Virus record (IMG/VR): IMGVR_UViG_3300049783_001343
Span: 1 to 58,515 of that record
Reading direction: 5' to 3' (one strand)
Source: a virus
Taxonomy: Duplodnaviria > Caudoviricetes
Length of the DNA: 58,515 nt
Below are positions 49,550 to 56,975 of this stretch, one piece after another. Position numbers and translations under genes: made by a program. How positions within the stretch are numbered: position 1 is the first letter of the stretch; each line of letters begins with the position of its first letter. The notes under the pieces are model-generated. The model searched no databases, was not told the DNA's origin, and was given only the letters and a program-made list of their open reading frames with translations.

Positions 49550-49565
49550 ACCAGTTCTCCCGTTG

Positions 49566-49582
49566 TTATGCGTGACGCATAA
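49566..49582. promoter_or_regulatory. 17-bp palindrome copy 4 (TTATGC-GTGAC-GCATAA)
   Basis: 3 nt after the Gly-ORF stop, before the next RBS. Confidence 0.8.
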
Positions 49583-49585
49583 TTG

Positions 49586-49831
49586 CTATCCGTAGCCGTT
49601 GCCGTTGCCGTAGCCGTTGCCGTAGCCGAGACCACTCCCATCCCCTTCCCCCGCACCACCGCCGTTGGGATTACCTTGGCCTGTGCGGTTGCAGTCGCCG
49701 TCTCCGTGGCCTGTGCCGTGATCGTAGCAGAAAGTTAAACCACCATGCCCGTAGCCGTGCCCGTCGCCGTAACCACCCCCGTGCCCTTCGCCGCGGCCTT
49801 CTCGGTAGCCGCCTGAGCCGTTGCTTGTCAT
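49586..49831 (-). CDS. Gly-X repeat mini-protein 3
   Basis: GGAGAAGGG upstream; alternating Gly. Confidence 0.65.
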   Translation of the reverse strand: MTSNGSGGYREGRGEGHGGGYGDGHGYGHGGLTFCYDHGTGHGDGDCNRTGQGNPNGGGAGEGDGSGLGYGNGYGNGNGYG

Positions 49832-49837
49832 CAGATA

Positions 49838-50053
49838 TTACCCTTCTCCTTCGCCGTAACCCTGCTTGTAACGTAACCCTAGCCGGAGACCATAACCGTG
49901 CCCGTCACCCTCGCCAGTGCCGTTGGTGTCCCCTTTGGAAACCCTGTTACCGTCGCCGTCACCGTGGCCCGAACCGTCGTCGCGGATGGAGAGCGCGCCT
50001 CCATGTCCGATACCCCGACCACCGCCGTTACCTCTACCTGACCACTCAGTCAC
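49838..50053 (-). CDS. Gly-X repeat mini-protein 4
   Basis: GTGA overlap with the vWA gene stop. Confidence 0.6.
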   Translation of the reverse strand: MTEWSGRGNGGGRGIGHGGALSIRDDGSGHGDGDGNRVSKGDTNGTGEGDGHGYGLRLGLRYKQGYGEGEG

Positions 50054-51258
50054 AGCTGACCAGACGACACATGCACAGTTGTACCCAGTGGCGGATTGCA
50101 GCCTTTGTTATCGACAACGACCCACATGACAGGGCAGTCCCAGAGGCCCCACGTGCCGCCAAGGTGGCCGTCGGTGAACACAACAGCACACTGTGGGTTG
50201 TAACGCTTCTCTCGCATGTGATCCGGCACACACTCGACGTTCGTACCGCCGCCGCCCTGTGGCTTGGTTGTGTCGATCAGGGAGTCAAGCTCGTGCATCT
50301 CGTACCGCTCATCACCACAGATCTCAGTGTCCCAGTAGATCAGCCTGACAGCCTCTGGCTTGACAGTCTCGACGATACCCTTGACCTCCGACATCATGCG
50401 GGGGAGCACGCCCGGCGCAAACGTGGAGCCCGACATATCAAGGGCGATCACAAGCTCACCCACCTGCTCGCTTATACCAGACGGCATATACACGCCCGCG
50501 CTGAGGTATCGGCGGTTAGGCCGGCGCCATGTTGAATAGTCACTGCCGGAACACGTGGTCTGCACATACTCGCGCATAGCCTCCTTCCAGTCCTGCTGTG
50601 GCTGCAACAGCTCACCAAAGCTACGGTCGCCACCTGACCCCATCTTGCTGGCAGCCATGGCGCCTTGGCGCACCGCCTCGTCAAGCTCGCGACCCAGTGC
50701 CTGTGTTTCCTCGGCAGACATCTCCTTGGCCGCATCCCACATGTGTTCGTCAAAACCCCCGGGCTTGCCGCCGCCCTGACCTTGACCGCCGCCGCCGCCG
50801 CCGTTTTGCTGGAGATCGCGGAACACACGCGCACTGTCCCAACCGCGGTACTTCTCGTCGAAGCACCCGACAAGCAAAGGTCCGGTCATAGTGGCGAAGC
50901 TGTCTTGTTTGTTGTCGTCCACCAGCTGACAGTTGATCACGTAGTCGCAGGCTTGGTTGGCAAGCTGTGGGTTCTCATCGTACATCCAGCGCCACGTCGT
51001 CAGGTGCTTGTACATCTTGTGATAGATCTCGTGCAGCATGAGGAAGCGCAACTCCGAGTCCTTCATTGGGTTGACGAAGTCGCGATTGTAAAACTCGTTC
51101 TTGCCGTCCGTTGCCGCAGTTTGAATGCGTCCGTCCTCGACAATGCTCCGCTCACCAATGAGTAGAACACCAGACAGCGCCCTGTACCGAGGGTGTGCCA
51201 TGATGTCGATCGCACCTTTTTGAAGCCGTTGCTCGGCTGTAAGTTTACCATGTAACAT
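50050..51258 (-). CDS. Putative metallopeptidase plus vWA domain protein (DUF2201-like)
   Basis: TAATDG, LHEIYH (HExxH), N.ACD..IN, Gly linker, MIDAS DMSGS, GGGT and VFTDG. Confidence 0.85.
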   Translation of the reverse strand: MLHGKLTAEQRLQKGAIDIMAHPRYRALSGVLLIGERSIVEDGRIQTAATDGKNEFYNRDFVNPMKDSELRFLMLHEIYHKMYKHLTTWRWMYDENPQLANQACDYVINCQLVDDNKQDSFATMTGPLLVGCFDEKYRGWDSARVFRDLQQNGGGGGGQGQGGGKPGGFDEHMWDAAKEMSAEETQALGRELDEAVRQGAMAASKMGSGGDRSFGELLQPQQDWKEAMREYVQTTCSGSDYSTWRRPNRRYLSAGVYMPSGISEQVGELVIALDMSGSTFAPGVLPRMMSEVKGIVETVKPEAVRLIYWDTEICGDERYEMHELDSLIDTTKPQGGGGTNVECVPDHMREKRYNPQCAVVFTDGHLGGTWGLWDCPVMWVVVDNKGCNPPLGTTVHVSSGQL

Positions 51259-51259
51259 G

Positions 51260-51460
51260 TTATTTACCTTCTTTGTTTGTTATTAAGTGTTTGCCGTGGC
51301 CGTTGCCGTAGCCGTTGCCGCGGCCGCTGCCGCTGCCGTAGCCATGGGATCTTCCCTTTCCGTAACCCCCGCCAGAGCCTGTGGCGCTGTGATCGCGACC
51401 AAGGAAGCCGTTACCACCGGTTCTACCCCGACCGTTGCCGTCTTCGTCGTTTGATGCCAT
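51260..51460 (-). CDS. Gly-X repeat mini-protein 5
   Basis: AAGGAGAGG RBS. Confidence 0.7.
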   Translation of the reverse strand: MASNDEDGNGRGRTGGNGFLGRDHSATGSGGGYGKGRSHGYGSGSGRGNGYGNGHGKHLITNKEGK

Positions 51461-51474
51461 CCCGCCTCTCCTTG

Positions 51475-51660
51475 TTAATTGTCACCGTAGCCGTTGCCGT
51501 AGCCGCGCTCTTTGGCATAACCTCTACCGGGACCTTCGCCGCTACCATAACCATGGCCGATACCGCTTCCGTGGCCGTAGCCCAATGCTTGGGCGTAGCC
51601 TCCGCTGCCGTCGCCGTCGCCGCAGGTGCCCATGCGCCCAGTGCCCTCGTTTATCTTCAT
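51475..51660 (-). CDS. Gly-X repeat mini-protein 6
   Basis: AAGGAGAGG RBS, near-identical to that of mini-protein 5. Confidence 0.7.
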   Translation of the reverse strand: MKINEGTGRMGTCGDGDGSGGYAQALGYGHGSGIGHGYGSGEGPGRGYAKERGYGNGYGDN

Positions 51661-51674
51661 CCCACCTCTCCTTG

Positions 51675-51691
51675 TTATGCCCGACGCATAA
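51675..51691. promoter_or_regulatory. 17-bp palindrome copy 5 (TTATGC-CCGAC-GCATAA)
   Basis: Intergenic; overlaps a 10-bp hairpin at 51679-51702. Confidence 0.8.
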
Positions 51692-51711
51692 TCACGTCGG
51701 GCTGTTAGTGT

Positions 51712-52605
51712 TTAGAAGTCCAGCGACGGCAGGGCTTTGATCGCGTTCTCCATGTCTTGCTTGAGGTCGGCGCGGTAGCCCTCGTTGCCAACAATGTCCC
51801 CGCGCGTCACACCGGCCAGCGCTGAGGCCAGCTTGCGCTGCGCCAACTGCAAACTCGGGTCGTCAGTGAAGTTGCAGTGCTCAAGCATATCCGTCAGGTG
51901 CTGCACGTTCTCGATCGTGCTGTCGAACACCTTGCCCTTCTTGCCATCTTCGTCCACGTCGAGCTGCTTGACAAAGCGCTGCAAGTTATCGTGCAAACGC
52001 TTCCACAGGTCGCCCATCGCCCGCTCCATCTGTGTCTGATAGAACGACGCATACTGCTCCTTCAGCTCATCTTGGGCATCGTTCTCGATCTCCACGCGCC
52101 AGTCGCCTGTGTCAGGCACCGGAATATAGGACATACGGAACGCGAACTTATGGCGAATGCTGTCGCCAGTGGGATACTCATCGCGAAGAAACAGTGAGCC
52201 CAACCGCAGGTGCATCTGCGCAACCTCGAAGTCATACGCGTCTAGGAACAACTGAACCAAGCGATCGAACTCGGCTTGGAGACCCGACATCTGCTTGTGA
52301 TAGTCGAAGTATTTTGCTGTAGGCAACAGGCGCAGCCCGCTGTCTGACCATGGCAGCGTCATGTTGTAGTGCATTGTGCGCGTGTTGGATGCGAACTTCT
52401 GAATTGCTACCAGTTCCCCACAGTCTGCCATGAGGTTCTTGTTGAACGCGCCCGCAGTCTTTGACGCGCCGCTTGCTGACAGCACGTCGCTTGTCGTGGT
52501 GCGGTCGCGCTTTCTCGCTGTCCATGTGCTGATAGACAACTCCACCAGCATAGCTGATGATGAGATCGTTGGTGCCGACACTGTCGGTGTATCCATGTAA
52601 GTCAT
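51712..52605 (-). CDS. DUF3150-like helical protein (start 52605)
   Basis: LV.LSIS.W.A.K.D, TLPWSDSG.RLLP and YP....KF motifs; usual neighbour of phage AAA/vWA pairs (recall). Confidence 0.7.
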   Translation of the reverse strand: MTYMDTPTVSAPTISSSAMLVELSISTWTARKRDRTTTSDVLSASGASKTAGAFNKNLMADCGELVAIQKFASNTRTMHYNMTLPWSDSGLRLLPTAKYFDYHKQMSGLQAEFDRLVQLFLDAYDFEVAQMHLRLGSLFLRDEYPTGDSIRHKFAFRMSYIPVPDTGDWRVEIENDAQDELKEQYASFYQTQMERAMGDLWKRLHDNLQRFVKQLDVDEDGKKGKVFDSTIENVQHLTDMLEHCNFTDDPSLQLAQRKLASALAGVTRGDIVGNEGYRADLKQDMENAIKALPSLDF

Positions 52606-52621
52606 TGTTACTTCTTTCTTG

Positions 52622-52638
52622 TTATGCCCGACGCATAA
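52622..52638. promoter_or_regulatory. 17-bp palindrome copy 6 (TTATGC-CCGAC-GCATAA)
   Basis: Intergenic; overlaps a 10-bp hairpin at 52626-52649. Confidence 0.8.
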
Positions 52639-52651
52639 TTGCATCGGGCTG

Positions 52652-52771
52652 TTATCCGTTACCAGTCCCGTCGCCGAAACCACCACTTGGACCTTTACCA
52701 AACCCGTGGCCGTTGCCGTAGCCGTTGCCTCTACCGCCGCCGGCCCCGGTGCCGTTGCCGTTGTTATACAT
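52652..52771 (-). CDS. Gly-X repeat mini-protein 7 (39 aa, MYNNGNGTGAGGGRG...), not in the ORF track
   Basis: AAGGAGAGAAAGG-ATG; read manually. Confidence 0.65.
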   Translation of the reverse strand: MYNNGNGTGAGGGRGNGYGNGHGFGKGPSGGFGDGTGNG

Positions 52772-52785
52772 CCTTTCTCTCCTTT

Positions 52786-52911
52786 CTATCCGTGGCCCGA
52801 ACCGTCGCCTCTGCCGTAGCCGTTGCCGTAGCCTTTGCCGTGAGCGTAACCGTAACCGTGACCGTTGCCGAAACCATTGTCATTGCCCGAGCCGGTGCCG
52901 TCGTTGCTCAC
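52786..52911 (-). CDS. Gly-X repeat mini-protein 8 (41 aa, MSNDGTGSGNDNGFG...), not in the ORF track
   Basis: GGGGAGAAAGG-GTG; read manually. Confidence 0.65.
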   Translation of the reverse strand: MSNDGTGSGNDNGFGNGHGYGYAHGKGYGNGYGRGDGSGHG

Positions 52912-52925
52912 CCTTTCTCCCCTTT

Positions 52926-53165
52926 CTAGGCACCCGTGCCGTCGCCGTAGCCGTTATTGAGACCCTCGCCGTAGCCGTGCCCTGTGCCGGGCGAAGTGGT
53001 ACGTTTGTAGATTGAGTTGAAGGGCGAGGATGCACTAGCTACGGAATGATAAACGGCATCTCGATTACCGTTTCCTCGCCCCTTTCCACCACCGTAACCC
53101 GCACCTTTACCATCACCATTGGCACGTCCAAACGCCCCGCCCTTTAGTCCAGAGCCGTCGTTATC
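52926..53165 (-). pseudogene. Gly-X repeat segment 9 lacking its own start codon
   Basis: Gly-rich frame DNDGSGLKGG...GDGTGA begins across the stop of mini-protein 10 with no ATG/GTG/TTG. Confidence 0.45.
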
Positions 53166-53379
53166 CGCCGCTGCCGGAGCCGTTGCCGACGCCGCAGCCG
53201 AGCCCCGCAGCGCGCCCTGTGCCTTCCCCGTAATCGGGGGTGTAGACTGCGCCGTTGCTAGGGCCCGAGCCGTTACCGTGGCCAAAACCCAACCCACCGC
53301 CGTTGCCTGTACCTTCGCCATAACCATAGCCTCGGTTAACAGGGCGAGCGTTGGAGCCAAGGCCAGCGCCGTCACACAT
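53161..53379 (-). CDS. Gly-X repeat mini-protein 10 (MCDGAGLG...)
   Basis: ATG at 53379 overlaps the ATPase 3' end. Confidence 0.6.
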   Translation of the reverse strand: MCDGAGLGSNARPVNRGYGYGEGTGNGGGLGFGHGNGSGPSNGAVYTPDYGEGTGRAAGLGCGVGNGSGSGG

Positions 53380-54472
53380 CGGCCGCAAAAAGATGCGCGT
53401 TGGTACGGGCAAACGCTGTAAAAGCTGCGTGGGTCATCATCATACCCTGCTTGCCGTAACCCTTGGCACGCACACCGTTGGCAAACATACCGCCAGCCTC
53501 GCTTGGAAGCCGCGCCATGTAGGTCATCCAGTTGTCCACCCAGTCACGCTCGATGATAGACAGCGTACGGAACACAATCATGCAGATCGCAGCCGCCGAC
53601 TCTGGCACCTTGGCGTTATGTGGATCTCTCTTGATGGACTCAAGGCTAGGCAGATCATTGGCCAGTGCGACAAACGACATGAGATCCATCGCGCCGCGCT
53701 CACCAATGGCGCCGATAAGCGCACCGGTTATACTGTGATCGTCCAACACACCACGCAGCTTTGTAATCTCTGAAGCCGCCACAAGCGAACGTTGTGTGAC
53801 AAACGCTGCACGCTGTGCCCTCGGGTGGTAGATGTACGGGTTATCGTCGGGGTTGCTCACATCCTCGAAGGATTGAAATAGTTGAGGGTTCTCGCGTGCC
53901 CACCCCAGAACAGGAGTGTCAACATCGTTGTTGATACCCCACTCGATCCAACGTGTTGCATCGGGCTTGGCCATACGCACCATGATGAGAGCGTTGCGTT
54001 GGTGTGCCGCCAGTGTGTCACCCACACCCTCGGACCCAAGGTTGGACGTGCCGTAGATGATGCTGCCCTCGGGCAGAGTGATGCCGTTGACCATGCGCTC
54101 AAGCATGATACGACGCACGCCGCGCTTGACAGGCTCCATAGCCTTGAGGAACTCATCGAAGTTGATAATCACCGGCACGCCAAGGTGTGCGCCGAGCTCT
54201 GCGTTGGGCACGAACTCCACGTAGTCAGAGATCATATCCTCGGCCATTGCGATAAACTTGGGAGCGGACAGGTCTTGCACGTCCTTGTTGGTGCAGTCGA
54301 ACTCGACATACGTGTGGTTGGGGAACTTAAGTGAGAGCAGGTGACGCAGTCCCGAGGTCTTACCGGAACCCATGTCGCCCTGCACGATTACCGTGCGCTT
54401 GTGACCCACCTCGGCGATGAGATTGGCACACTGCTCAAGTGTTAGTGCGTAAAGATTTGTTGCTTGTGACAT
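53372..54472 (-). CDS. AAA+ ATPase (MoxR/dynein-related, partner of the vWA protein)
   Basis: Walker A GDMGSGKT, Walker B INFDE, sensor TSN, TQRS. Confidence 0.88.
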   Translation of the reverse strand: MSQATNLYALTLEQCANLIAEVGHKRTVIVQGDMGSGKTSGLRHLLSLKFPNHTYVEFDCTNKDVQDLSAPKFIAMAEDMISDYVEFVPNAELGAHLGVPVIINFDEFLKAMEPVKRGVRRIMLERMVNGITLPEGSIIYGTSNLGSEGVGDTLAAHQRNALIMVRMAKPDATRWIEWGINNDVDTPVLGWARENPQLFQSFEDVSNPDDNPYIYHPRAQRAAFVTQRSLVAASEITKLRGVLDDHSITGALIGAIGERGAMDLMSFVALANDLPSLESIKRDPHNAKVPESAAAICMIVFRTLSIIERDWVDNWMTYMARLPSEAGGMFANGVRAKGYGKQGMMMTHAAFTAFARTNAHLFAADV

Positions 54473-54501
54473 TGTTAATCCTTTCAGGATTTTGTTGTGT
54501 T
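54468..54501 (-). repeat. 34-bp leader repeat copy A (identical to 55612-55645)
   Basis: AACACAACAAAATCCTGAAAGGATTAACAATGTC in front of the ATPase. Confidence 0.9.
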
Positions 54502-54512
54502 GCTGTTGTTCG

Positions 54513-54529
54513 TTATGCGTCAGGCATAA
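54513..54529. promoter_or_regulatory. 17-bp palindrome copy 7 (TTATGC-GTCAG-GCATAA)
   Basis: Overlaps the stop codon of Gly mini-protein 11. Confidence 0.8.
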
Positions 54530-54780
54530 TTGCCCTGCCCTTTTTCGTATCCGTGGCCCGTTCCTCGCACGTCGCCGTTGTTTTCGCCCCGACCGCAGCC
54601 GTTGCCGCCGCCGTTGCCGTAGCCGTTGCCGTTGCCGAGGCCGTTGCCGTGGCCGTGGCCTCTACCGTAGCCGTTGCAGTGGCCGTAGCCGTGGCCGTAG
54701 CCGTAGCCGTGGCCGTAGCCGTGGCCGTAGCCGTTGCCGTTGTTTTCGCCGTAGCCGTTGCCGTAGCCTGTGCCTTCCAT
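54520..54780 (-). CDS. Gly-X repeat mini-protein 11
   Basis: AAAGGA RBS in a repeated linker; long GGC-NAC run. Confidence 0.7.
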   Translation of the reverse strand: MEGTGYGNGYGENNGNGYGHGYGHGYGYGHGYGHCNGYGRGHGHGNGLGNGNGYGNGGGNGCGRGENNGDVRGTGHGYEKGQGNYA

Positions 54781-54785
54781 GTTGC

Positions 54786-54989
54786 CTATCCTTTCCCGTG
54801 GCCTTGTCCGAGGGTTGAGCCCACGGCCATACCGTCGCCGTAGCCGTGGCCGTAACCGATGCCTTGAGCGTCGCCCCGACCGCAGCCGTAGCCTTCGTCG
54901 TCACGGCAGCCGAAGCCGAAGCCGCAGCCGCAGCCGCTACCGTTGCCAAAGCCGTCGCCGTTGCCGTAGCTGAGACCGTTGCCTTCCAT
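54786..54989 (-). CDS. Gly-X repeat mini-protein 12
   Basis: Same 27-bp linker as mini-protein 11. Confidence 0.7.
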   Translation of the reverse strand: MEGNGLSYGNGDGFGNGSGCGCGFGFGCRDDEGYGCGRGDAQGIGYGHGYGDGMAVGSTLGQGHGKG

Positions 54990-54994
54990 GTTGC

Positions 54995-55285
54995 CTATCC
55001 TTTCCCACGACCGTGGCCTCCGCTGTAACCTATGGACAAGCCGTCCCCGTCGCCGGTGCCGTGGCCGAGGCCAATGCCGTTGCTGTGATCGTGGCCGTGG
55101 CCGTAGCCGTGAGATCTTCCTGCATAGCCGTTGGATGATCCGGTGTTGTTGCCCTCACCTTGGCCGTGGTCGTTGGGCCGCAAGATTATTTTTTGCCCCT
55201 CACCGCAGCCGTAGCCCATACCAAAGTTGTTGCCGCAAGAAAGACCACGGCCGCAGCCGTAGCTCTGGCCGTGGTCGATCGTCAT
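54995..55285 (-). CDS. Gly-X repeat mini-protein 13 (start MTIDHG)
   Basis: ATG 1 nt after the upstream stop. Confidence 0.65.
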   Translation of the reverse strand: MTIDHGQSYGCGRGLSCGNNFGMGYGCGEGQKIILRPNDHGQGEGNNTGSSNGYAGRSHGYGHGHDHSNGIGLGHGTGDGDGLSIGYSGGHGRGKG

Positions 55286-55286
55286 C

Positions 55287-55616
55287 TTATTCGGCTTCTG
55301 CGACAGCAGCGCCTTCGATCGTAGCGATAGCCATGCCATGTGCAGGGAAGATCTCGCACACACCAGCAACAATGATGTCAGGCAGAACCATCGTCACCTT
55401 AGACCCGGCGTGGTCGATGCCGACGATAGCAACCTCGCTCAATGAGATACCAGTTCCCGCGATCTTCCAGCGCCACAGGCGGCGGCTGTCAGTGAGTTGC
55501 ACGGTCTTGGCACCGCTGTCGCCAGCCTCTACCGCAGCCAGTGTGCCGTAGTGTACGCCGCTGTCGACGGAGCGGATGATTACTTTTTCGCCGATTGGGT
55601 ATGTAATTGTAGACAT
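55287..55616 (-). CDS. Small beta-barrel (Sm/SH3-like) protein, DUF6948-like
   Basis: IGEKVIIRS..SGVHYGTL...L.DSRRLWRW...SLSEVA..G; family name from recall. Confidence 0.7.
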   Translation of the reverse strand: MSTITYPIGEKVIIRSVDSGVHYGTLAAVEAGDSGAKTVQLTDSRRLWRWKIAGTGISLSEVAIVGIDHAGSKVTMVLPDIIVAGVCEIFPAHGMAIATIEGAAVAEAE

Positions 55617-55645
55617 TGTTAATCCTTTCAGGATTTTGTTGTGTT
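55612..55645 (-). repeat. 34-bp leader repeat copy B
   Basis: Exact match to 54468-54501. Confidence 0.9.
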
Positions 55646-55668
55646 TAAGTTGTCTTGGTCGTTTCGTG

Positions 55669-55685
55669 TTATGCAGTGCGCATAA
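55669..55685. promoter_or_regulatory. 17-bp palindrome copy 8 (TTATGC-AGTGC-GCATAA)
   Basis: 3 nt after the Gly-ORF stop. Confidence 0.8.
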
Positions 55686-55688
55686 CGT

Positions 55689-55958
55689 TTAACCTCTACC
55701 GCTACTGTCGCGATGAACGGCACCTATGCCGAGGCCGTTGCCGGAGCCGACGCCGTGGCCGCGGCCTGAGGCGTTGCCGGAGCCGTAACCGTGACCTTGG
55801 CCGCGGCCGTTGCTGGGGTCGTTGCCGTAGTTGAACCCTTTCTCGTGCCCGTTACCTGTGGCGTTGCCGTTGGTGTAGTCGTCTTGGCGCCCTTTGCCGA
55901 CGCCGTTGCCGTTGATGGACCCCGCGCCGCAGTGCTTGCCGTAGCCTCTACCTTCCAT
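55689..55958 (-). CDS. Gly-X repeat mini-protein 14
   Basis: GGAG RBS; MEGRGYG start resembles mini-proteins 11 and 12. Confidence 0.7.
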   Translation of the reverse strand: MEGRGYGKHCGAGSINGNGVGKGRQDDYTNGNATGNGHEKGFNYGNDPSNGRGQGHGYGSGNASGRGHGVGSGNGLGIGAVHRDSSGRG

Positions 55959-55979
55959 TGTTTCTCCGCTGTTGATGTT

Positions 55980-56201
55980 TTAACCGTAGCCTCTACCGCT
56001 GCCGTAGCCGTCGCCGTCGCCGTGGCCGTTGCCGTCGCCGTGGCCGTAGCCGTGGCCGTGGCCGTGGCCGTAGCCGTGGCCGTGGCCGTAGCCGTAGCCG
56101 TAGCCGTAGCCGTTGCCGTTGCCGTTGCCGTCGCCGTCGCCGTAGCCGTAGCCGTTGCCGTTGCCGTTGCCGTCGCCGTTGCCGTTGCCGTGGCCGTTCA
56201 C
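55980..56201 (-). CDS. Gly-X repeat mini-protein 15 (near-perfect G-[NDYH] repeat)
   Basis: GTGA overlap with the upstream gene. Confidence 0.65.
   Translation of the reverse strand: MNGHGNGNGDGNGNGNGYGYGDGDGNGNGNGYGYGYGYGHGHGYGHGHGHGYGHGDGNGHGDGDGYGSGRGYG
56001..56198 (+). repeat. 33 uninterrupted GCCGTN hexamers
   Basis: Counted directly; only the sixth base varies, and all four bases are used. Confidence 0.95.
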
Positions 56202-56821
56202 GCGAGCAGTGACTTGGCCTCGTCGTCACCCCGATCCGCCATGCGCTTGAGGTAGGCTTGGACCGGGTCGTCGTCCTCGGGTTCTTCTTCCCATCCGTCG
56301 CCGTCGCCATAGCTTGCTACCGTTTCAGCCGTGTCAGGATCGTAAATGTTGACCGTCTCGACGTTGTCGAAAACATCCTCCCCGTCCTTGGTCCACTTGG
56401 TACCTTCCGGTGCCTCGAACCCATCGCGCGTGGTCATGGCTTTCGCCGCTTCCAAGCTGTCAACCTCGATCGTTGCCGTGTAATAAACACGCGCATCGCG
56501 GCCCACTTGAACTTCAAATGTTTTCATTGGTTCTTCTTCTTTGTGCAGCATAGCGGCAGCGGCTTTCATGGCATCCTTTGTGACGGCGATCAGCACCGCT
56601 GCACCCGTGTCGCCATACTCACTCGCGTCGTACCAAATGTCTCCCCGTGCACCGTCGCGCAGCGCTGTTGCGATAATTTTGTGGTTATCGTTGTTGATAA
56701 GCAGAGATGGAAAGGCCTCCAAGATAGCGCCGGCAGTGTCGTCAATGTGCAAAATCTCTCCGTCGTCCGATACGTCTATTTCGATAGAAAGTATCTTTGC
56801 AATCTGAGCACGTATAGTCAT
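56198..56821 (-). CDS. Acidic hypothetical protein (possibly two fused ORFs)
   Basis: AGGAG RBS; internal AAGAAGAAGAACCA-ATG at 56527. Confidence 0.7.
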   Translation of the reverse strand: MTIRAQIAKILSIEIDVSDDGEILHIDDTAGAILEAFPSLLINNDNHKIIATALRDGARGDIWYDASEYGDTGAAVLIAVTKDAMKAAAAMLHKEEEPMKTFEVQVGRDARVYYTATIEVDSLEAAKAMTTRDGFEAPEGTKWTKDGEDVFDNVETVNIYDPDTAETVASYGDGDGWEEEPEDDDPVQAYLKRMADRGDDEAKSLLA

Positions 56822-56841
56822 CTCATTTCTCCTGTTGATTG

Positions 56842-56858
56842 TTATGCGTTGCGCATAA
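56842..56858. promoter_or_regulatory. 17-bp palindrome copy 9 (TTATGC-GTTGC-GCATAA)
   Basis: Abuts the stop of the 38-aa ORF. Confidence 0.8.
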
Positions 56859-56975
56859 TTATTGTGTGGCGCCGCGATAGTAGAACCAGCGGCCGTTGCG
56901 TTGCACTCGGTAAAGGTCTGAGTTTTTGAGACCTCCGAGGCCCGTCCATTCCTTTTTGGATATGCGCTCTCCCAT
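56859..56975 (-). CDS. 38-aa basic peptide (MGERISKKEWTGLGGLKNSDLYRVQRNGRWFYYRGATQ), not in the ORF track
   Basis: GAGGAGGAG RBS with TGATG overlap. Confidence 0.6.
   Translation of the reverse strand: MGERISKKEWTGLGGLKNSDLYRVQRNGRWFYYRGATQ

Noticed and set aside
8905-52701. Long N-terminal extensions in the ORF track (starts 8905, 12526, 42274, 44262, 45285, 52701)
   Set aside because: They overlap better-supported upstream genes; downstream ATGs have RBSs or coupling.
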